Below are positions 56,183 to 63,266 of a stretch of DNA of 63,266 nucleotides, in pieces (the stretch's first letter is position 1; every line of letters begins with the position of its first letter). Position numbers and translations under genes: made by a program. Origin of the DNA: an uncultured Clostridia bacterium (GTDB taxonomy: Bacteria > Bacillota > Clostridia > TANB77 > CAG-465); NCBI GenBank assembly GCA_947627255.1, contig CANQVI010000003.1, positions 1-63,266 on the forward strand. The letters are read 5' to 3'. Below the pieces are notes generated by a model. The model did not search any database and was not told the DNA's origin. It worked only from the letters and a program-made list of their open reading frames with translations.

Positions 56183-56614
56183 CTAAATGCCTAATTGAGA
56201 CATTTGAGATGCTAATTTATTTCCATCAAGAGAATCTGATGTTGTGTATTTATTCCAATTTTCACTATCCCATATTTCAGCTCTTGTTGCAACACCAACT
56301 ATAACTACATCTTTAGTTATATTAGCATATTCTCTTAAATTTTGTGGTATATTAACTCTTCCTTGTTTATCTACTTCACATTCAGTAGCACCAGCAAAGA
56401 AAAATCTAACAAAACTTCTTGCATCTTGATTAGTAAGTGGAAGTGATTTTAATTTTTGCTCAAATGTTTCCCACTCTTGTTTTGAATACATGAATAGGCA
56501 GTTATCTAGACCCTTTGTTATTACAAAAGTCTGACCTAAATCTCCTCTAAATTTTGATGGTACACTAACTCTTCCTTTTATATCTACATTGTGTCTATAT
56601 TCACCTAGTAACAT
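56183..56614 (-). CDS. mraZ: Transcriptional regulator MraZ
   Basis: [23 protein letters not shown] plus a second [13 protein letters not shown] half-domain. The ATG at 56614 follows GAAGGTGAG. The ORF track TTG start at 56692 would read through the operator. Confidence 0.95.
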   Translation of the reverse strand: MLLGEYRHNVDIKGRVSVPSKFRGDLGQTFVITKGLDNCLFMYSKQEWETFEQKLKSLPLTNQDARSFVRFFFAGATECEVDKQGRVNIPQNLREYANITKDVVIVGVATRAEIWDSENWNKYTTSDSLDGNKLASQMSQLGI

Positions 56615-56630
56615 TTGGCTCACCTTCTTT

Positions 56631-56654
56631 CCACGTTTTACCACTTTATACCAC
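56631..56654 (-). promoter_or_regulatory. Putative MraZ operator: three GTGG boxes at exact 10-bp spacing
   Basis: The minus strand reads AAGTGGTATAAAGTGGTAAAACGTGGAAAG. On the plus strand CCAC occurs at 56631, 56641 and 56651. It ends 16 nt upstream of the mraZ ATG. Confidence 0.6.
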
Positions 56655-56893
56655 TTCACAATTATTCTATTATAAAAAAATATAAAAATCAATAGTTTTT
56701 TTAAAAAAAATACTAAAAACTAATGCTTTTTTATCTACATTAGTTTACTTAATTAGTCAAAAATCTAACTAATTTTCATTACAAAAAAATTATCTTTTTT
56801 TAACAATTTATTTATGTTAATTGTTTTTCTTTTGTTTATTTATTTCAAATTTTACATAATTTTTAAATTCATTGGTAACTCTTTTGAAATACA

Positions 56894-56926
56894 CAAAAAA
56901 ATCAGCAAGATAATTTTTTTGCCGAT
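56894..56926 (-). terminator. Intrinsic terminator of nifS
   Basis: Minus-strand hairpin AUCGGCAA / loop / UUGCUGAU (one G:U pair, which forms only in this orientation) followed by U7. Confidence 0.65.
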
Positions 56927-56935
56927 TTTTTTAAA

Positions 56936-58072
56936 TTATTTACATCTTTTTTTATAATTTATTATATCAATACTCTTTTTTATGACATATGCTATTCTAT
57001 CCATTTCATAAAAATTGTTATTTTCAGATAAACTTATTCTAATTGATGATGTATTTTGTCCTATAGACTTCAAAACATGTGATATTTCTTTATTACTAGA
57101 ATTACAAGCACTACCACTAGATGCACAAATCCCATTCATGCTTAAAAATAGCATTATTTGTGATGAGTCTATTCCACTAAATGAAATATTTAGGTTATTA
57201 CTAATTCTACTATTCATATCACCATTTATCTCTATATTTTTTATATCTTTTTGTAATTTTTCTAAAAGGTAATCTCTAAGTTTTCTTTCTTTACAATTTT
57301 TATATTCAATATTTTCATATGTTATTTTTAAAGCTTCACTCATTCCAACAATTCCAGCAACATTTTCTGTTCCAGGTCTTATTCCTAGTTCTTGATGTCC
57401 ACCACAAATTATATTTGAAATTTCCACTCCTTTTTTAACGTATAGTAGTCCCACTCCTTTTGGTCCATTAAATTTATGTGCAGAACCACTCATTAAATCA
57501 AAATTAGATGCATCAATTTTCATATGTGGTATTGCTTGTACTGCATCTGTATGAAAATAAATGTTATTTTCTTTTGCTATTTTAGATATTTCTTCAACAT
57601 TTTGTATAGTACCAATTTCATTATTTACATACATAATACTTATTAATATTGTATCTTCTCTTATTGCCTCTTTAATTTTATTTACATTTATAATTCCATT
57701 TTTCTCAACATCAACATAGGTAATTTCAAATCCCTCTTGTTCCAATTTTTTACAAGTATTTAAAACTGCTAAATGTTCAAATTTTGAAGTTATAATATGC
57801 TTACCTTTATTTTTATACTTATATGCAATTCCCATAATAGCAATATTATCTGACTCTGTTCCAGAGCCTGTAAAATATATTTCTTTTTCATCTACATTAA
57901 ATATTTTAGCAATGTCCTTTCTACTTTTTTCTATAGCTTCTTTAGATATTTTACCAAGTTCATATAAAGTAGAAGCATTTCCATAATTTTCTTTCAAATA
58001 TGGCATCATTTTTTCTAATACTCTCGTGTCTATTTTTGTAGTTGAACTATTATCTACGTATATATTATCCAT
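56936..58072 (-). CDS. nifS: Cysteine desulfurase (NifS/IscS class V aminotransferase)
   Basis: IYVDNSSTTK, the PLP lysine in SAHKFNGPKGVG, and the catalytic SSGSACNS loop. Confidence 0.9.
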   Translation of the reverse strand: MDNIYVDNSSTTKIDTRVLEKMMPYLKENYGNASTLYELGKISKEAIEKSRKDIAKIFNVDEKEIYFTGSGTESDNIAIMGIAYKYKNKGKHIITSKFEHLAVLNTCKKLEQEGFEITYVDVEKNGIINVNKIKEAIREDTILISIMYVNNEIGTIQNVEEISKIAKENNIYFHTDAVQAIPHMKIDASNFDLMSGSAHKFNGPKGVGLLYVKKGVEISNIICGGHQELGIRPGTENVAGIVGMSEALKITYENIEYKNCKERKLRDYLLEKLQKDIKNIEINGDMNSRISNNLNISFSGIDSSQIMLFLSMNGICASSGSACNSSNKEISHVLKSIGQNTSSIRISLSENNNFYEMDRIAYVIKKSIDIINYKKRCK

Positions 58073-58119
58073 AATAAAATCACACCCTACTTTATAGTAT
58101 GTGTGATTTTTTATTTGGT

Positions 58120-58147
58120 GAAAAAAATATGCCTATAATAGGCATAT
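58120..58147 (-). terminator. Intrinsic terminator
   Basis: ATATGCCTAT / AA loop / TAGGCATAT followed by U7 on the minus strand. It overlaps the stop of the upstream gene. Confidence 0.65.
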
Positions 58148-58383
58148 TAAAATAATTCTTCTAACTCTTTATCTGTTAGATTACTAAGTTCATCATCTTT
58201 TAGGTCTTCAATTTCCATATTAGGATTATCAGTCTCATTTTCAATTACAGATGTATCATTATCATTAATCTCTAGCTTTTCCTTTGTCTTGCCATTTAAT
58301 AATGAATATGCAATAAATGCTCCTAATAATACTAGTATTACTATAGTACATATTACTATTATAATTTTACTTTTTTTATTCAT
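58147..58383 (-). CDS. Small membrane-anchored acidic protein
   Basis: The ATG at 58383 (MNKKSK) follows GGAGGG. One TM helix, then an Asp/Glu-rich tail. Confidence 0.5.
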   Translation of the reverse strand: MNKKSKIIIVICTIVILVLLGAFIAYSLLNGKTKEKLEINDNDTSVIENETDNPNMEIEDLKDDELSNLTDKELEELF

Positions 58384-58397
58384 AAAACCCTCCATTA

Positions 58398-59063
58398 CTA
58401 TTGTATAACTTTTGAAGTTCCATCTCCTTTAACAGCAACTGGTAATATAACACCTCCACCATTTGCTCTTTGGAATAAAGCTTTCTGTATTCTTACAACA
58501 TCTTCAACACCTTCAACATCATGAAGTGTAAAATCTTGTTTTATAATGCTATTTCCTTCAATATATTTTAATGTTCCGTCTTCCATTAATATAAATGCTT
58601 TACAAGAACTTCCATAGCCACAAATCATTACTTGTACTGCCTTTTTATCATTTAATTCTATCTCATGTTGAATTTGTTCTCCAGTATAATAAAAATATTG
58701 CTCAGCCTCTGAATTTGTAGCAAGCATTACCTTTTTATCTATTATACTAATTGATATTCCAGAAGATTGGTCATGTAGACTTCTAAGTAAGCTATATATA
58801 TTTTTGTCATAATCCATTTTGCTCTCATCTAAAATTGCAGGTAGAACTTTTTCCTCTTTACTATTTACACTTTCTTTAAACTCATCATATTCCTTAGAAA
58901 GTTTATCATAATCTTCTTTGGCTAAATTTAATTTAATATTTAGCTCATTAATACTATTTTTATTCTTTACAATAGTCTTTATACAAAATACACATAAAAC
59001 TATACTTCCTATTAAAAAAATACATACGACAATCATTGGTATATGCTTTCTCATGCTATCCAC
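58398..59063 (-). CDS. Membrane-anchored hypothetical protein (221 aa)
   Basis: GTG start after GAGGTGG, a TM helix, a coiled coil, and a globular domain of about 140 aa. No family recognised. Confidence 0.55.
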   Translation of the reverse strand: MDSMRKHIPMIVVCIFLIGSIVLCVFCIKTIVKNKNSINELNIKLNLAKEDYDKLSKEYDEFKESVNSKEEKVLPAILDESKMDYDKNIYSLLRSLHDQSSGISISIIDKKVMLATNSEAEQYFYYTGEQIQHEIELNDKKAVQVMICGYGSSCKAFILMEDGTLKYIEGNSIIKQDFTLHDVEGVEDVVRIQKALFQRANGGGVILPVAVKGDGTSKVIQ

Positions 59064-59111
59064 CTCTATTTTTAGATTAGCATAAATTTACAAAATATAC
59101 AAGATTTACTA

Positions 59112-59141
59112 CAAAAATAGCAAGGTATTCCTTGCTATTTT
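59112..59141 (-). terminator. Intrinsic terminator of ileS
   Basis: AAATAGCAAGG / TATT loop / CCTTGCTATTT followed by a U-run on the minus strand. Confidence 0.7.
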
Positions 59142-59145
59142 AAAT

Positions 59146-62100
59146 TTATTTTACTACTTCAACATCTATATCTAAATGTTCACCATTTATATTAGTGTCT
59201 GTGTAATTGTCTCTTTTTGCATTATATACAATATTTTGTGCTAAAGTTTCACGTTTTATTTCTTCTTCAAACTTCTTCACAACATTTTCCAAATTTTCGT
59301 TATTTGAAACATATAGATTAATTCTATCTAATACTTCAAATCCTTTGTCTTTTCTCATATTTTGTACTTTTGAAAGTATCTCTCTTACAAATCCTTCCTC
59401 TTTAAGTTCAGGAGTAATATGAGTATCTAATATAACACCGATTTCACCTTCACCAGCAAATGCAAATCCTTCTTTTCCTTGCATTGTAATTAAAAGATTA
59501 TTTGAATCTAATCCTATTTCAGTATCGTCAATTACAATATATTCAACTTTACCAGATTTAACTTTATTTGCAAGATCCATTTGATTTCTTTTTGCTATTT
59601 CTTCTTTAATCTTTGGTATTAATTTTCCATATTCTCTACCAAGCACAGGAAGATTTGGCTTTATTTCAAAGTTAACGTAGTCAGACATTTCAGCACCAAG
59701 TACAACTTCTTTTACATTTAATTCTTCTTTAACAATATTGCCATAATATTCTGGTAATGTATCAACTGAAATTAACATTTCAGAAAGTGGTTGCCTATTT
59801 TTAATATTTTCAGCATTTCTTGCACTTCTACCTAATTTAACTATTCTGTATGCCATATCCATTTCATCTTCTAGTTTTTTATCTATCTCTGATTCATTAA
59901 CTTCTGGCCAATAGCATAGATGTACACTTTCTGGTGCTTCTTTATCTAAATTACATACAATATTTTGATATATTTCTTCTGTTATAAATGGTACAAAAGG
60001 TGCAGAGACTTTTATTAATGTAGTCAATACTCTATATAATGTTACATATGCTCCTATTTTCTCATCATCTAAGTCTTGTGCCCAGAATCTTTCTCTGTTT
60101 CTTCTTACATACCAGTTAGAAAGTTCATCTGTAAAGTCTTCTATATCATTTCCTGCTCCTGTTATATCATAATGCTCTAATTTATCATCAACAGATTTTA
60201 CTAAAGTATTTAATTTAGAAATAATCCATTTATCCATTACATTATTAGATTTAAAGTTATCATACTCTAATGGATTAAAATTATCTATTTGTGCATATAA
60301 AACATAGAATGAATATACATTCCATAATGTACTTAAAAATCCTCTTTGACTTTCTTGTACATTCTCTATTGATAAACGAGAAGATAACCATGGTGCACTT
60401 CCTGTATAGAAATACCATCTTGTTGCATCTGCACCAACAGTATCTAATAATACAAGTGGATCTACACCATTCTTTTTAGATTTAGACATTTTTTGTCCTT
60501 TTCCATCTAATACATGTCCTAAAACTATACAGTTTTCAAAAGGTGTTCTGTTAAATAGTGCTGTTCCTAGAGCTGTTAATGTATAGAACCATCCTCTTGT
60601 TTGGTCGATAGCCTCAGATATATATTGTGCTGGGAAGTTATTTTCAAACATTTCTTTATTTTCAAATGGATAATGCCATTGTGCAAAAGGCATTGAACCA
60701 GAGTCAAACCAACAATCAATAACTTCTTTTGCTCTTTTCATTTTTTTACCACATTTTGGACATTTTAAATATACATCATCAATATATGGCTTGTGCAATT
60801 CAATATCTTCTGGTACATCTATTCCTTTTTCTTTAAGTTCAGCTATTGAACCAATACACTCTTGATGTGCACAGTTTTCATCTTCACATGTCCAAATTGG
60901 AAGTGGTGTTCCCCAATATCTATCTCTAGAAATACCCCAATCTATAACATTTTCTAGGAAGTTTCCAAATCTTCCTTTTTTAATTGTTTCAGGATACCAA
61001 TTTACTTTATCGTTATTTGCTACAAGTTCATTTCTTAAAGAACTCATGCCAACAAACCAACTTTCCTTTGGATAATATAATAATGGAGTATCACATCTCC
61101 AGCAATGTGGATATGAGTGTTCTACTTTTTGTTTAGAGAATAATTTATTGTTTTCTTTTAGCCATAAGCAAATGTCTTCATTGCAATCTCTTACAAATCT
61201 ACCCTTCCAAGGCTCTACTTCATCTACAAATTTACCATTTTTATCTACTAAATTAACAAAAGTAATTCCATTTTGCTTAGATACAATACTATCATCTTCA
61301 CCATAGGCAGGTGCAATATGAACAATACCAGTACCATCAGTTAATGTTACATAGTCACCATGAATTACTTCAAAAGCCTTTCCGTCAACTTTTGCAAAAG
61401 GCATTAATTGCTCATATTTTGTTCCAAGCAATTTTGCTCCTTTATATGTATCTAATATTTCATATTGCATATTATTTAAAACAGAATCCACTAATTCCTT
61501 AGCCATTACATATACTTCATATTTTGGTTCTTCTTCAGTACCAACATTTACTTTTACATCACAATAATCATATGCTTTATTAATACATAAAGCTAAATTT
61601 GATGGTAAAGTCCATGGTGTAGTTGTCCATGCTAATATATACTTGTCTTCCCCAACAACTTTAAATTTAGCAACACATGTTAAATCTTTTACGTCTTTAT
61701 ATCCTTGTGCTACTTCGTGTGAAGATAATGCTGTACCACAACGTGGACAATATGGCATAACTTTATGTCCTTCAAATAATAACTTTTTATTCCATAATTC
61801 TTTTAAAGCCCACCATACAGATTCGATGTATTTGTTATCATAAGTTATATATGGATTATCCATGTCAACCCAAAATCCAACTTTGTTTGTCATTTCTTCC
61901 CATATATTAACATACTTAAATACACTTTCTTTACATTCTTTGACAAAGTTTTCCACACCATACTCTTCAATTTGTTCTTTTCCAGATATTCCAAGTTTTT
62001 TCTCTATTTCTAGTTCAACAGGTAATCCATGTGTATCCCAACCAGCTTTTCTTATTACTCTATAGCCTTTCATAACTTTATACCTTGGAATAATATCTTT

Positions 62101-62295
62101 CATAACTCTAGTTATAATGTGTCCTGCATGAGGCATACCATTAGCTGTTGGAGGTCCATCATAGAAAGTAAAGTATCTTTTTCCTTTATTCATATCAAAA
62201 TTCTTTTTAATGATATCTTTATCTTTCCAAACTTGTGCTACATCTCTTTCCATACCAACAAAGCCATCTTCTTTTAATTCAACTTTTTTATACAT
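59146..62295 (-). CDS. ileS: Isoleucine--tRNA ligase (type 2, about 1049 aa)
   Basis: [13 protein letters not shown] (HIGH), KMSKSKKNG (KMSKS) and the CP1 editing domain. The ATG at 62295 (MYKKVELK) follows AGGAG. The ORF track start at 62424 lies inside the T-box leader. Confidence 0.97.
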   Translation of the reverse strand: MYKKVELKEDGFVGMERDVAQVWKDKDIIKKNFDMNKGKRYFTFYDGPPTANGMPHAGHIITRVMKDIIPRYKVMKGYRVIRKAGWDTHGLPVELEIEKKLGISGKEQIEEYGVENFVKECKESVFKYVNIWEEMTNKVGFWVDMDNPYITYDNKYIESVWWALKELWNKKLLFEGHKVMPYCPRCGTALSSHEVAQGYKDVKDLTCVAKFKVVGEDKYILAWTTTPWTLPSNLALCINKAYDYCDVKVNVGTEEEPKYEVYVMAKELVDSVLNNMQYEILDTYKGAKLLGTKYEQLMPFAKVDGKAFEVIHGDYVTLTDGTGIVHIAPAYGEDDSIVSKQNGITFVNLVDKNGKFVDEVEPWKGRFVRDCNEDICLWLKENNKLFSKQKVEHSYPHCWRCDTPLLYYPKESWFVGMSSLRNELVANNDKVNWYPETIKKGRFGNFLENVIDWGISRDRYWGTPLPIWTCEDENCAHQECIGSIAELKEKGIDVPEDIELHKPYIDDVYLKCPKCGKKMKRAKEVIDCWFDSGSMPFAQWHYPFENKEMFENNFPAQYISEAIDQTRGWFYTLTALGTALFNRTPFENCIVLGHVLDGKGQKMSKSKKNGVDPLVLLDTVGADATRWYFYTGSAPWLSSRLSIENVQESQRGFLSTLWNVYSFYVLYAQIDNFNPLEYDNFKSNNVMDKWIISKLNTLVKSVDDKLEHYDITGAGNDIEDFTDELSNWYVRRNRERFWAQDLDDEKIGAYVTLYRVLTTLIKVSAPFVPFITEEIYQNIVCNLDKEAPESVHLCYWPEVNESEIDKKLEDEMDMAYRIVKLGRSARNAENIKNRQPLSEMLISVDTLPEYYGNIVKEELNVKEVVLGAEMSDYVNFEIKPNLPVLGREYGKLIPKIKEEIAKRNQMDLANKVKSGKVEYIVIDDTEIGLDSNNLLITMQGKEGFAFAGEGEIGVILDTHITPELKEEGFVREILSKVQNMRKDKGFEVLDRINLYVSNNENLENVVKKFEEEIKRETLAQNIVYNAKRDNYTDTNINGEHLDIDVEVVK

Positions 62296-62632
62296 AATTT
62301 TCTCCTTTCCTTTAAAATAATAATTAATTATAAAAAAATCGCACATACCTGTATATAAGGAATGTACGATTATATTAACACAATATAATTTATACAAAAT
62401 AATAACCACCTTAATATACAACATACCAACATATGTGCCCTTTATAACGTAAGGAATACGGCGAATCTTACTATTAGTTCAGACTGCAACTCAGAGGTGA
62501 TTTTCATAATAAACTAATTTAAATAGGCTTACACCATCCCTATCTCGCTTGATATTTCATTTACTATTACTCTTCCTCGTCATAGTTTTTGTTAATTATT
62601 ATTTATTATCTATTTTTTGTAATTTAATTACG
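62296..62632 (-). promoter_or_regulatory. T-box leader (Ile) of ileS
   Basis: Minus strand carries a terminator hairpin CGTACAT...ATGTGCG plus U7 (about 62333-62370), the T-box-like AAGGTGGTTAT (62401-62412), a stem I AGAGTA element, and a candidate AUC specifier followed by A (62499-62501). Confidence 0.8.
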
Positions 62633-62638
62633 TAAATT

Positions 62639-62667
62639 ATTATAGCACATAAAAAAAGCATTGTAAA
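62639..62667 (-). promoter_or_regulatory. Sigma-A type promoter of the ileS leader
   Basis: Minus strand TTTACA (62662-62667), 17-nt spacer, TGcTATAAT (-10 at 62639-62644). Confidence 0.6.
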
Positions 62668-62692
62668 TAGGAAATAACAAATTTTAAAATTC

Positions 62693-62729
62693 AAAAAGAC
62701 TATAGAGTAATTATTTCTATAGTCTTTTT
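62693..62729. terminator. Bidirectional terminator after the Cys/Asn-rich microprotein gene
   Basis: A-run, then AGACTATAG / 11-nt loop / CTATAGTCT, then T-run. It begins 5 nt after the stop codon. Confidence 0.7.
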
Positions 62730-62733
62730 AATA

Positions 62734-62919
62734 TTAATAATATTGTGAATAACAATCATATCCATTTGAGTAACAATTTGTGTTTTGACATGAATTACAG
62801 CTTGAATTACATGAGCAACAATTATTTGATTGATTATTATTTTGCTGATTATTACATGAGCAATTAGAATTGTTGTTATTATTACAACAATTATTACTCC
62901 AGTTATTATAACAGCCCAT
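62734..62919 (-). CDS. Cys/Asn-rich microprotein (61 aa, 12 Cys)
   Basis: The ATG is preceded by GGGGGG, a rare G-run in this AT-rich DNA, at SD-like distance. A terminator follows directly. The sequence is MGCYNNWSNNCCNNNNNSNCSCNN...CCSCNSSCNSCQNTNC..., with CC, CxC and CxxC spacings. Confidence 0.55.
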   Translation of the reverse strand: MGCYNNWSNNCCNNNNNSNCSCNNQQNNNQSNNCCSCNSSCNSCQNTNCYSNGYDCYSQYY

Positions 62920-63005
62920 ATTTTCCCCCCTGTCTCTAGTGTTATATAAACACTAATATATTATATTCTTAATATATTATTTTGATACAAAAGAAGATTT
63001 ACTTT

Positions 63006-63266
63006 CTAATTTTCTTTATTTTCTATTTCTATTATTTCTTCTTTAGTTAGTCCAGTAGCTTCAATAATTTCTTCTATATTAGTACCCATTTTTAATAGTT
63101 TTGAAGCTACAGTTTTTATACCTTCTCTTACACCTTCTTTTTTTCCTTCATTATATCCTGTCTTTCTTATTGCCAATTCATCCATTATCGCTTTTTCTCT
63201 TAATTCTGCTAACATTCTTTCATGCTCATCATTATTTATTTTATCTAGTTCTTCCTTTGCTTTCCT
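63006..63266 (-). CDS. Rpn-family recombination-promoting nuclease / putative transposase, C-terminal part (5' end outside window)
   Basis: The reading frame is open from 63215 to the window edge. The C-terminal EGKKEGVREGIKTVASKLLKMGTNIEEIIEATGLTKEEI segment is the repeat plus HTH-like tail typical of this family. Confidence 0.5.
   Translation of the reverse strand, partial: RKAKEELDKINNDEHERMLAELREKAIMDELAIRKTGYNEGKKEGVREGIKTVASKLLKMGTNIEEIIEATGLTKEEIIEIENKEN

Noticed and set aside
56615-56692. N-terminal extension of mraZ from a TTG at 56692.
   Set aside because: It would translate through the three GTGG operator boxes. The ATG at 56614 has a strong RBS and gives the conserved MraZ start MLLGEY.
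56660-56700. Tried to define the mraZ promoter (TATAAT at 56669-56674 on the minus strand).
   Set aside because: The only TTGATT-like -35 lies 12 nt away, which is the wrong spacing, and nothing acceptable lies at 16-18 nt. No call was made without transcription start data.
2729-62277. Roughly 45 plus-strand ORFs of 60-135 aa in the supplied track lie entirely inside longer minus-strand genes. Examples are 2729-3046, 21555-21935, 40126-40479, 45057-45464, 49970-50329 and 62029-62277. The same applies to minus-strand ORFs inside plus-strand genes, such as 6885-7133, 24797-25282 and 36967-37290.
   Set aside because: They are antisense to genes with clear homology. Their composition is Phe/Leu/Ile/Ser-rich and low-complexity, as expected from reading AT-rich coding DNA backwards. 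They lack Shine-Dalgarno sequences.
62296-62424. N-terminal extension of the ileS ORF ([14 protein letters not shown]...).
   Set aside because: It overlaps the T-box terminator and antiterminator and has no RBS. The ATG at 62295 follows AGGAG and gives the canonical IleRS N-terminus.
62920-63005. Looked for sigma-K, sigma-E or sigma-G type sporulation promoters upstream of the Cys/Asn-rich gene.
   Set aside because: The region is so AT-rich that several partial matches exist (TATAAT preceded by TTGTAT at 19 nt). None has convincing spacing or consensus, so none is claimed.

Overview
Very AT-rich (by eye about 25-30% G+C) core chromosomal segment of a spore-forming Firmicute, Clostridia-like: it carries spoIVB, a SpoVD/PBP2B-type PBP, a SpoVE/FtsW SEDS protein, YqzL, and DUF881/Sbp. 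I support about 60 real CDS, more than 85% of them on the minus strand. I also support 4 tRNAs (Gly-UCC, Leu-CAA, a CAU tRNA, Tyr-GUA), one glmS ribozyme, two T-box leaders (pheST, ileS), and many consensus sigma-A promoters and intrinsic terminators.

Gene content, left to right:
- tRNA-Gly, YitT, a Ppx/GppA-like protein, an unknown protein, dinD (LexA box in its promoter), tRNA-Leu
- a TPR protein, murC, a degenerate amidase-like protein, ychF, two tRNAs, an SDR
- an ECF sigma module headed by a secreted metzincin
- xseBA, nusB, the Asp23/AmaP/DUF2273 set, HIT, a short (590 aa) AlaRS, TtcA
- a cohesin-like membrane protein next to a dockerin-bearing glucosaminidase
- glmS, PBP1A, recO, yqzL, era, an S1-domain protein, two small paralogs, smpB
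- a three-gene envelope cluster, a DD-carboxypeptidase, pheST, GNAT, DUF402, spoIVB, DUF975
- a dcw cluster (mraZ, rsmH, ftsL, pbp, murE, mraY, ftsW, murG, divIB, DUF881, sbp) that lacks murF, murD and ftsAZ
- nifS, ileS, a 61-aa Cys/Asn-rich microprotein, and the 3' part of an Rpn-family nuclease gene running off the right edge

There is no rRNA, no CRISPR array and no intact mobile element. I did not recognise a classic defence island.

The observations I consider most worth follow-up:
1. Twin ECF-type promoters, which define a metzincin / sigma / anti-sigma module plus a small membrane protein gene.
2. The autolysin-dockerin / membrane-cohesin gene pair.
3. The stand-alone Cys/Asn-rich microprotein gene.
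4. Four phased 13-mer repeats in the mraZ-rsmH spacer.
5. A 19-nt box shared by the 3' trailers of two unrelated monocistronic tRNA units.
6. An AlaRS that lacks the C-Ala domain.

All product calls come from reading the supplied translations by eye. No database search was run.
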